Source of the DNA: Hormiphora californensis
Taxonomy: Eukaryota > Animalia > Ctenophora
DNA length: 64,000 nucleotides
Direction: 5' to 3'
NCBI GenBank assembly: GCA_020137815.1
Contig: CM035354.1
Location: forward strand, 8,370,001-8,434,000
The notes below the pieces were generated by a model. It worked only from the letters and a program-made list of their open reading frames with translations, was not told the DNA's origin and searched no databases. A program made the translations under genes and the position numbers. Shown here piece after piece: positions 36,511 through 47,700 of the stretch (positions within the stretch are counted from its first letter, which is position 1; each line of letters begins with the position of its first letter).

Positions 36511-36764
36511 GGGGAAACTCTAACTGAATGGACGCGCAGTAATGGCAGCCCATCAACTGTAAAAATCTAACTGATAATGGGAGCCATCACTCTGGGCGCG
36601 CCATGATTTGCCACATTCTGCTCGTAAAAAAGGCCTTTACGTAGCGCGCGATGACAAACACACGGACATTGTCGCGCGTTCTGTCCATCATTCCTTCCAT
36701 CCAGTTAGATTTTTACGGTTGATGGGACGCCATTACTGCGCGTCCATTCAATTAGAGTTTCCCC
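36511..36764. mobile_element. PIF/Harbinger (Tourist-like) MITE
   Basis: TIR of ~60 bp, GGGGAAACTCTAACTGAATGGACGCGCAGTAATGGC../..AGAGTTTCCCC; 3-bp TSD TTA on both sides. Confidence 0.88.
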
Positions 36765-38583
36765 TTAGGACTATCCACTATAACTGTGTTACTGTTATTG
36801 TAAACTTAAATTGTAAATTGTTTTTTCCATTTCAGTAACTGAAGGAGCTGCTAGTGCAAAACTATATGTGGAGGACTACAAAATATATAAATAGAGGACT
36901 ACAAGTGCAAGTGCAGTACAGTGCAAGGGGATCGCTAGTGTCTAATGAAGCCGGCTTATCAATTATTGGCGTAATGACGTGGCTGCTCTGACTTACGATG
37001 ACATTGGATCTGGTATTAATAAAGATTTGACTCTACAAAGACCATAAAAAGGCCATGGACTCTATATTCTAAAATACTCGAAGCTTATAAGAAGAGTCAT
37101 ACGACATACGGGCTGTGATTGTGGCTGTGATGAGCTGTCGAGGTGAGAGGACATGTAGATTTCATGGGTGTAAAGTAACTGTGAAAGTTGTGTTTTCTCC
37201 TTTTGGTCTGGATACGAACTGAATAGGGTTTTATTGTAGAACAACGCTACGTTCTACAATATGATATCAAAATTAAAACCCGTCGAATACTCTAGTACTC
37301 ATTTCATAAAGCTGATCAGTGGTCCAGATCCGGCCGGAAGGAGAAAACACAGCTTCCTCGTTAATTATGCGGCTAATCAACAATTTTCTCTCAATAGCTG
37401 AGAAACTGATACTGATAGTTCCCATAATTTATGTGAAAAATGCGGATCTGTGTGTTATATTTATAATTATCAATTGCCTGATTACCATGCTATTCATTAT
37501 CATATTTTTAATTTTGTTACCTTATTTATAAAACTAAAAGATGTTTATAATTTGACTCCCTACACTGGCGAAAAAAGGAAGATGCTACTGGTTCAAAGTT
37601 TCAAACATTTTTTGGTAATGGCATGTCATGTTTTTGTTCATCAGCAAGCTGCCGTCTGCCCTGGTAAATTGACGCCAGGGCGCGAATGTTTGTCTGTTTG
37701 TCTGTGACTTGATGGGAGAAACGGCTGACGCGGAGATCAACTCTGTGGGAATTTCGCGCGAGATTTCACGGCGCGCACGTCGTATGAAAGGTCGAGCACG
37801 AGGTCGAGCACAAGGTCTGACCAGTCACGTGACCACTGCGCGTCGTTGAGCCGCAGCGCGAAAAAAAGTGCTGACATTGACCGGACCTTGTGCTCGACCT
37901 TGTGCTCGACCTTCATGTGCTCGACCTGAACATTTCCGAGTATGCTCATAATCAATTTGAGCCTTAACTCTTAGACACCTAAATACAAAAATACAAATAC
38001 AATTATAATTTGTATCCCGCTTTTGGGCCTACGCATTGTTAGTGCTAAGAGAACGCCGTTCTAATCGGCCGACCGCGGATCGAAGCAGCGCCACCACCAC
38101 TAACAAGCCTTCTAAAGCGGCTCACACTCCCGACACCATATTTTTTCTACACAGTGCCACAGGAGCTCTGCCGGTTGAGAGCTACATTGCTACAGGTGAG
38201 CAAACTGCTTACTGCATGCAGCGGACAGCAGTGCCATTGGCAAACGCGGGATAAGGCAGCGCTTTTCAAGTAGTGCCAAAAAATCAAGAAATATAATAAA
38301 AGAAAGAAAAGTTTTTTTCAACTCTCAGTCCAATTTTTTTTGCTTGATTGATGATTACTGAAAAGCGCAGCGCAGTTTCTAAATATTTCGCGCGTACCAT
38401 ACTTTTCATCGTATGGAATTGTAAAAAAATGTCGTAAGGCGGGCGCCGCGCGGGCGAGTTATCCAAATCAAATGTCGCTCCCTCTGCGATTTAAAAAACA
38501 ACGGTCGATTTTCGAGATTCGCGGTTCTTTGTAAAATTTTGCACTTGTATCCTTCCTCTGGCTTACGCTGTACTATCCATCTA

Positions 38584-39087
38584 GATAGTGAACCATAATA
38601 AAGTTCAAGAGCGTCCAAGAGCGCACCCCATCCAAGAGAGACCAAAATCAAGAGCGCACCACAATCAAGAGAGACCAAAATCAAGAGCGCACCACAATCA
38701 AGGGCGCCGTTACGATCTGGGTGTTTGGAGGCCTGTTTACAGGTGCGCGCTGCCAAAAAAGTTGATTCACTAAAATGGCTCTAACCGCCAAACCACTCAA
38801 CCGTTTTGGCTGATTCAAAGTTTATCTGGTAGGGAATGTCAAGGCCTAACCCCAACCCAAACCCCAACCCTAACCCTACTTTAGCCCTAACCCTAAAAAA
38901 CCGTTTGTCAGCACTCCCAAAACACCCAGATTTTAACGCTGGCCCACAATCAAGAGAGACCAAATCAAGAGCGCACCACAATCAAGAGAGACCAAATTCA
39001 AGAGCGCACCACATCTGGTCTCTCTTGGATGGGGTGCGCTCTTGGGCGCTCTTGGACGCTCTTGAACTTTATTATGGTTCACTATTC
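38584..39087. mobile_element. TA-flanked MITE with a nested 8-bp-TSD element (38702-38945) carrying telomere-like repeats
   Basis: Outer TIR ATAGTGAACCATAATAAAGTTCAAGAGCGTCCAAGAGCGC. Inner element GGG..CCC is flanked by ACAATCAA (38694-38701, 38946-38953). Confidence 0.87.
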
Positions 39088-39132
39088 TAAAACAAATTTT
39101 AACCCGATTAACTATTAATTTTGCTCTGTAGA

Positions 39133-42100
39133 ATGGACCAAGAGGCAGAAGTGAAGCACTTCCAGTGCAAGTTTCTGCCCAAAATTCGATGTGGATCTTC
39201 CATCGAGGAAGAAAAATGTAGTTTGGTTACAAATACAAAGTTTGGCCACATTTTAGTTGCCTGTGATAAAGGTAGATTAACATAAATTGTGATTACAATC
39301 AACTTTATAATGCAAGACCTATTGAGTAAGTAGTAACAAGTCCTGACATTCTTGTCCTCCGTTGCAGTTGTAAACGTCTACAAGAAGTCACAGATTTACG
39401 AAATCTTCACAAGAGAAAAGGCAAATTTAAGCGTTGATGCTCCAAAACCTGTTTCTCGATTCGGATTTAGTTCTACTGTTTCTGATGTGTCGGTGTCCTC
39501 AGACGGACTTGTTGTGTCCATTGCAACAAAGGACTCAATGCTGCATTTTGTTGATATCCGATCACTGGATACAAATCCTGCAGTGTTCGCTCAAACTAAA
39601 CTCACTGCGAATTGTAAGTACCGTGCCTCTTTATGAAGAATTCCTACTATAGCCTTCCTCAGGTTGTTTAACCCTCCATCCCACGCAGGTTCCAAGCAGA
39701 TGTGGAATCCTGGTCAGCCTGCAGTCCTTGCAACTGCCACTGTACAGGGCGATGTAGCAGTGTGGGAGTTGAAAGGGGATTCTATTGTCCAGATGAGCTT
39801 TAAACCTGGATTTGGTGCCCAATCCTTGTGCTGGAGTAGCAAGGGAAAGCAGTTGGCAGTGGGCACTATTTCTGGGCAGATAATCAACCTGAAACCCACC
39901 CTGGATATTGCCCGGTGTACCGCCCCTCCAGTTGGGATGTTTCCTGGGGTTGCACCAGCAGCAAGAGATCTCTTCTGGATTAGCACTTTCGAATACGTCG
40001 CTGTATTTGAACAGGAGGACAAATTCAAGATAGTTCACGTGGAAAATGTAATTAATCAATGATGTTTAGTGGCTATGGGAGATTACCCTTGTTATATTTC
40101 TACTAATATTAACAGTTAACTCCCTGTTTTTCAGTTCAAAGATAAGAGTATCGCAACAAAGTTTACTGATTTCGATGATGTTTTCTACAGTGAGCCGGGT
40201 AGAGCACTCGGTATTATGTTCGCCCAAGTTCTGCCCTGGAACACACTAGCATTGGGCTGCAGCAGGGGCCTAGAGCTGGCATTTATTGGAGCAGTGCCAG
40301 AGAAACAGGGCCAGTTTCTGTTCAACTTGGACGAGGGAGCTAGGGCTGAGATGCCATATGCAGATGGGGAGGCCACATACCCAGTGGGCATGTCTCTTGA
40401 TTACAACTACACTGAACCCACTGTCATGGGAGAGAGATCAATCCCAGGGAGCCCCGTACTACTAACACTCACTAGTGAGGGTGTACTGGCAGGGTTCAAA
40501 CTGATTAACATGGCCGTCCCTGATACCCTGACAAGCCCAATTGAGGCAGCCCCTCCCCTCCCTGCTAGCCGTGCCCAGAGTTTAGTGAATGTGACAGTGA
40601 AAGTTGCTCCTGCCCCTCTACCCACTGCCCCTCCTCCTTCCCTCCAACCCGCTCCTTCTCTCCAACCCGCTCCACCCGGTACCCCACTACCCTCATCTGC
40701 ACCACTTGGAGGACTGTTTGGAAGTCTGGGAGGTTCTCTAACCGCCTCCACTCCTAAACCATCCCCACTTCTCCCCTCATTCGGATCTCTCCGGCCCCCT
40801 GAACCAACACCCCCTCCAGTAGCAGCAGTAGCCCCCAGACCAGTTCCTGAGGTTGTGAAGAAGGAACCTCTGTCCAGGAAACCATCCATCCCTATCTCTG
40901 CAGTTCCACCAGTTAAACCTACACCTCCAGTTGAGAAGAAGGTGGAACCTGTTGTGAATAACGATGCAATGTACAGGAAGAGTATTGAGGAGGAGATCCA
41001 GAACTTTACTGCCTTCCTCGCACAGCACAAGAAGGACAGTGCCCGTCTGGAAGATGTCAAGGATATCTTGGATAAAAACGAGCTGAAAGGGATCGCTGTA
41101 ACGGCCACCAGTCTCAAATCAGAGCTGAATGAGGCTGCTTCGGTGCTTGGTGATGTAAATGAAGAGATTCAGAATGAGAAGGATACTCTACTGGCTGCTC
41201 TGGCCTCCCTGGAGGATGCAAAGGGGACATATTCCTGTTACACCGACCCCTCCTATCTGGCACTTGTTAAAAGTAAACCTCTGGACAAGATGACCAAGAA
41301 GTTGAGGGGAGATCTATACAGCAAGTTTGTACAGATGCAGTCCCTCGTGAATGACCTGAACATGCAGCTGGATACTGAGTGGGAGAACATGAACACTAAG
41401 GGGAAGAGTACACCTTCATCAAGAACAATCTATAAGACACTCTCCCAACACAGGACCATCTCAAGAGAGCAGGAGAAAGTTGTAGACACCCTTCTCAATC
41501 AGCTGAGCAACCTCTCCCTGAGGTCGGAGTCTGGGGAGGGCAAGGAGAATAGGAGGCAACACAAGAAGTCAGGAGTGTCTCCAGCTAAACAGAAACTTCT
41601 CAAGGGGATCTTGGAGAACCACTCTCCACGACTTAGGGTAGTTACATCTCCTGCAAAGCTGAATATCTCCAGCATGAGTAGTTTCACTAAAGCTGCTCCC
41701 AAAGAGACCACTACTCCAGTTGCCCCAAAACAGGATGTGAACCTGAATACATCTAACCCTGTAAAGAGTGACATTATCAAGACTGCAGTGCCCACTTTGA
41801 ACTACAGCTCCAAGGCCCGGTTTGATGCGGAGGATCCAACAAGGCTGGCTGATAATGATGATGATGAACCAGTTCCTAGTGTGGTACTCCAATACAAACC
41901 CGCCATGCCTCAAGTGAAACAGAGCACTGAGGAGAAGGAGAAGGGAACTAAGGAACTAGTCAACAAGTTGTGGGACTTTGTCGGAAAAGATCCTGCTCCG
42001 GTGGACAAGACTGCAGACAAGTTTGTCCCTGTGCTGAGGACCAAAGGACCAGTTTTACCTGGCCAGGTACCAAACGCTGTTATCCAGCCGGTATCTTCTC

Positions 42101-44527
42101 TAGCCAAACCTGTATCGAGTTCATCAGGACTCTTTAGTGCTCCTTCATCAACTGCTCCTAGTCTGTTTGGTGCTTCTGCTCCTTCATCAACTGCTCCTAG
42201 TCTGTTTGGTGCTACTGCTCCTTCATCAACTGCTCCCAGTCTGTTTGGTGCTACTGCTCCTTCATCAACTGCTCCCAGTCTGTTTGGTGCTACTGCTCCT
42301 TCATCAACTGCTCCCAGTCTGTTTGGTGCTACTGCTCCTTCATCAACTGCTCCTAGCCTGTTTGGTGCAACTGCTCCTTCATCAACTGCTCCCAGTCTGT
42401 TTGGTGCTACTGCTCCTTCATCAACTGCTCCCAGTCTGTTTGGTGCTACTGCTCCTTCATCAACTGCAACAAGTCTGTTTGGAGCTACTGCTCCTTCATC
42501 AACTGCTCCTAGCCTGTTTGGTGCTACTGCTCCTTCATCAACTGCTCCTAGCCTGTTTGGTGCTACTGCTCCTTCATCAACTGCTACAAGTCTGTTTGGT
42601 GCTATTGCTCCTTCATCAACTGCAACAAGTCTGTTTGGTGCTACTGCTCCTTCATCAACTGCTACAAGTCTGTTTGGTGCTGCGACTCCAAAGAATTTAT
42701 TTGGATCTGGTCCAACTGCAGGCCTCTTTGTCACAGCTACAACTGCCACCACATCCAGTACAACCTCTCCTCTTGCTACCACAAGAGCCACTCCCCCTCT
42801 TACTAAGACTGACGGGGGTTCTCAGTTCGGCTTTGCTCCTGTCTCTACAATAGCCAGCTCCCAGTCAGCCATTAGTCAGGCGCCCATTCTAGTTGTTCCC
42901 AAAACGACAACACCCGCCCCTGTGGGTCCCAGTAAGTCCCCTGAGGGGGGTTTCCCTGTCGTTGGGGTTCCCGCCGCTCAGTTTGATAAGAAAGAAGCAG
43001 AGAAGAAAGCAGCGGATAATCCTCTAGCAGCTAAACCATCCACATCTAACATATTTGCTGCAGCTAACGCTCCAGCCACCAATATATTTGGTGGAGGTTC
43101 TACATTCCCTGCTGCCGCACCTTCCTCTACCGGGGGCAACTTCTTCCTTGCCCTGGACTCTAAACCAAGTGATGATGTGTTTAGTGAGAAACCTGTAGTG
43201 GGTAACATCTTTGCTGGCTCCTCCTCTCCCAGTATTGGGGGCAGTCTAGGTTAGCAGCCAGGAGAAATCACCCTCCACACCAGCCAAGAATACCCCAGAG
43301 AAAGCAACTACTGAGACACCAAAGAAGGGAGATGAGAAAAAGGAGAGCCAGGGAAAGAGCCTATTTGGAGAGGTCTCCACAGCAATCAGCAGTGCTGGTG
43401 GGTTGTTTGGGTTATCTCTTGGAGGGGACAAAAAGACAAGTTCAGATTCTCCTAGTAACCCATTCGGTGGAGGTGGTGACGGGGGAATATTTGGTGCTAC
43501 TGCCCCAGACAAATCAGCCAGCCCCTTTAGCTCTAGCTTGTTTGGGAAACCTGCAGGGGGAACAAGTAACATATTTGCCGCTAAAACAGAGGCATCTACT
43601 GGTGGCGGGTTGTTTGGTAGTACAACCACAGTCACTACTACTGCCAGCACTGGCCTCTTTGGATCCTCTACTACTAACAGCAGCTCAGGTGGATTTGGAG
43701 GGTTCGGTACTGCAACCACTTCATCAACTGGGTTTGGTAGTGCCGCCTCTACAACTACATCTGGTAGTGGGTTGTTCGGATCAGGCAGTACGGGAACAAC
43801 TTCCACTGGATTTGGATCCAGTAGTGGTGCCTTTGGGGGTGGTGGTTTTGGGTCTAGTTCAACATCTGGTTTCGGTTCTTCAGGCGGAGGATTTGGAACA
43901 GCAGCTACTACTAACCCAGGTTGGTACCGGCCAGTATTCTTTGTAAAACTCTCTATACATATCTACAAAGAGTTGAGACCAAATCCTTTTCTAAAATGTC
44001 TCATTTCCCTTTTTTTAGGTTTTGGAACAGCCAACAATTCTAATAGCAGTGGATTTGGAACAGCGCCCGCTTTTGGTTCCACCCCTGCCTTCGGGTCCAC
44101 CCCGGCATTTGGTTCAACGCCTGCTTTTGGCACGACTCCAGCATTTGGTGCTCCATCGGGTGGGACTTTTGGGTCAGCTTTTGGAGGGGGAGCTGTGTTT
44201 GGGGGTGACTCAACAGCAGCAGGAGGAGGAGGCACATTTGGATCTGTCTCTGGAGGTGGTGGTGGGATATTCGGGGGAAATACTGGTGGATCTACAGGTC
44301 AGTTTGGAACACACTTTTATATTAATTGATATTTCACACGTAGAAATTATATCGTTTTGTTTTTGTTTCAAATTTCTAACTTTCGACGTGCCCTAATTCC
44401 CTAAATTATATCTTTTTGCTCTTCAGGTTTTGGTGATCTGTCTAACACTAACAACAACAGTGGATTCCTTGGTGGTAATTCTGGAGGATCTTTCTCAAAC
44501 AACAAATCATTTTCCGCGTGGCGATAG
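39133..44527 (+). CDS. NUP214: Nucleoporin NUP214/CAN (beta-propeller, coiled coil, FG repeats); apparent 1-nt frameshift near 43249
   Basis: Exons at ~39133-39271, 39368-39613, 39663-40047, 40134-43919, 44019-44297, 44427-44527. CWSSKGKQLAVG, LDEGARAEMP..TYPVGMSLDY..PVLLTLTSEGVL, coiled coil DPSYLALVKSKPLD..LNMQLDTEWE, SLFG/FG repeats, C-terminal SFSAWR*. Confidence 0.92.
42138..42682 (+). repeat. Coding 39-bp tandem repeat, 14 copies (ATAPSSTAPSLFG)
   Basis: Unit GCTACTGCTCCTTCATCAACTGCTCCYAGTCTGTTTGGT within the NUP214 ORF. Confidence 0.95.
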
Positions 44528-44700
44528 ACATGGACACACTGGGAGGAATATTTTAACCAGTTTTAACCGATTTTTGTGATCTCTATTTATTAACAGAATC
44601 GTTTTTATGTTTCTCTCCCTTTCTCTCCCTACTCTCTTCATAGCCCCACTTATAAACCTTCTCTCTTCCCCTTTTAGCTATCAATGAAGGGGGATACCTC

Positions 44701-47700
44701 ATGATATCGGTTATGAAGCGATCCAGGCTTCTTAACATCTCTTCGGAAGACGATGATGACTTTGTGGCAGCACCCACTCACCGTCCCAACCATATAATCA
44801 AGAGTCGGAGATGCTCTGTGGTCCTGGAGAAGTCATGTCGGGGAATGCCATCCTCTAAGAAGAGGAAACTCCCTCCAACCCCTCAGAAAGATCCTTCCCT
44901 TCATGATAGTCTGTTGAAAGATCCTTCCCCTGATGATAGTCTGCTGATTCACAACTCTATGGTGTCCAAGAGTGCCAGTCAGTCCAAGAATCTGGTGGTT
45001 ATAGGGCGGACACCCTCGCAAGGGGATTCAATACTTGGTCCTGAAAGTATGGTAGAAAAGAGTGGAGATATTGCCTCCTCTATGAGGGAATTTACGGAAA
45101 CAACCTCTGGTACACATCCAGAGGAAGGAGAGGCTGAATCTGAGAATAAACCGAGGGGTAGAAGTAGGGGCAGACAGAAGAAGGAAGATGGAAGTGAAGG
45201 GAAGAAAGGAGAGAAGAGTGCTGCAGTAAATGGGAAGAAGAGACGACCAGGCAGGCCCCGTAATTTGTCCACAGAATGTGGCAGTACAGCTGATAAGCAG
45301 GGTGGCACAAGAAAGGGGAGATCCTCAGTGATAGTGAGAAAGAAGAGTGTGTCTAGTGAGAGTAAAAAGAGTGTCTCCTCTGCAGGGGAGACTGCCTCTA
45401 TCACTACATCTGATAGTTGGAGTGAGGAGGGGAGCACCAAGAAAGAAGGAGAGGAAGTCTACTGTCACATCTGTAACAAGAATCTCACTGGTACCACTAT
45501 CGCTAGACAAGAACGGCACATTAACAAGTTAGTTTTGGGGTCGAGTCGGAGATGTCAAAAAACTACTAAAATTTACGAAGCGTTGGGCGATCAGGGTGGG
45601 GTTCATCATAGGGAAGAGTAGGAATAAATACTACTGAGGTAGGCACACCGCCGACCAGGATAGGGTTCACGGGAGAAAAGAAAAATTTACTATTTACTAG
45701 ATTAGCAGGGAGATTCATGAAATATTATGTACACTTTTGTTCTTTAGACATGTGTTTCTGTTTCAGTTGCTGTGATGAACAACTAAAGGGAAATGTTCCT
45801 CCAGTTGTTGTACCTGTAGCAGTACCTGTAGCAGTACCTGTGAAGACCCCGCCTACTAAAACACCAGAACCACAGAAACAAGGGAGAAGTGATGGAGGTG
45901 AATGTCCCATCTGTTCAAAGGTTCTAGCTGGCAGTCTTCAACGACACCTCAAGAGCTGTGCCAAGAAGAATGGATGGAATTACGAGATAGTACTGGAGAA
46001 CCACAAGAGGTGAGTTATTCTTTTTGAGAGTCGGTACTTTTGTCAGACTTGGGAGTTTGAATCTTAGACGCGACCTAATATCCCTTGTTTCTCCAATTCT
46101 AAACTAACTAATATTTGCACCTTTGACTAACTTAATGATACCAATCTTCTATTCAGGGCAGTTGCTGAGAGCAAGCCTCTGAAGAGTATCGAGAAGAGGA
46201 AGGAGGCTGCAAGCAAGGCCCAAAACAAAATATCAGAGAAAGTTACTGCTGAGCCATCTCAGGTATTACAGTAACGCGCGAAGTTAGATTTTAGAGATCT
46301 CTCGCGCGTCCCCTCCTTTTTGTTCTGTGTGAAATGTTCCCTCCGGCCAATTACACCCAATTAGTCAGTAGACCCAATTAGTCAGTTAGATCCAATATCC
46401 CTCCCACTCCAGGAGATAACTCCAACACCAGCACTTGTTGCCAGCAAGTTTGGAGAGAAGTTCAGATCCCATACTTGGACACTGGGTGCTACTTCCTCCC
46501 CCATTACCCGCACTAATATCCTCTCCAGCCCGCCTACTGCTCCCAAAAGCCCAGAAAAACCTGCCTCCCTACCCCTCCCTGAGAAAATAGCGGAGGTTGC
46601 CACGTCTATTCAGAAGCGGCTCAGTGAGGTGATCAGATCGCCCCAGAACTCATTCTCGGGGCAGGAAGAGGGTCTAGTTGGGACTGATGATGAGGTGGAC
46701 TCTACTGTGGAGGAAGGGTCTGATACTGAGATTGTGGAACAATTTACCCCTCCCGCTATAAACCTTGATCTCACTTCAGAGGAGTCCAGTGAGTCTGTAT
46801 CTCATGCGGTGGAAAAGAGCCCTCTCCCTCCTTTAACAAGGCCAGGGATACTACTCAGTTCTACCAAGTCACCATCTAGTATCCCAATGGAGCAACCCAT
46901 GAGTGTTCTATCTGGCCCCTTCCCCTCTGATGAGGGGCCACCAGTAGAGAACCCACCCGGGACCAGTGATCTAGAAGTGTCATTTGATCACTCCCAGGGT
47001 GATGGTGGGGAGAAGCAACAAGAGAAAGAGATCGAGGAGCATGTCAACACACATGAAGATAGTGGTGAGGTAGTGCAGGAAGCAGAGGTACGGAAGGAAG
47101 AGGCAGAAGTGACAGAAGGGGTAGAAGAACAAAATAAAACGGATATCACCACGGAGCTTTCAATGGGTGATATCACTACTCATTATGATGAGATTCCTCC
47201 TTTGTCCCCTTCTCCTGGGTCCCCCTGTATCCCACTGAAGATAGATGATCAGTCCCCGCCTCCCTCGCCCCCTAACTCCCCTGGGGACAGTCCTCTCAAA
47301 GAGATGATGGTGACCTGTGCCTCCCCTGGCCCCTCTGCCATATCCCCAGTGGGGGCTAGTGTACCCTCACCCCTCCACCATCGTGATGACTCTAACATTG
47401 ACCTCTTCGAGGACCAAGGTAAGGAATGGATAGACAATTGAAACACTGTTCATACTGTCAACTCATTAATTAATTGTAAATATTATTGTTCTTAATGACC
47501 AACTTGTTACAGGAGAGGATGATAGATCACTTCTCGTTGTGTCCCCTATCACAGAAGCAGAAGAACCTAGAAGGAGGAAAGATGTAATTAAACGAATCAA
47601 TGTCAATAAGTCGGTCAGTTTCTATGAATTTCTTGATAACTTCCGTCCCTTAGTCCCATACACCCATGTGCTCTACATTGATACTTGACAGGTTGAAGCG

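Noticed and set aside
40407-44237. Antisense and alternate-frame ORFs over NUP214
   Set aside because: Shadows of low-complexity, repeat-coding sequence.
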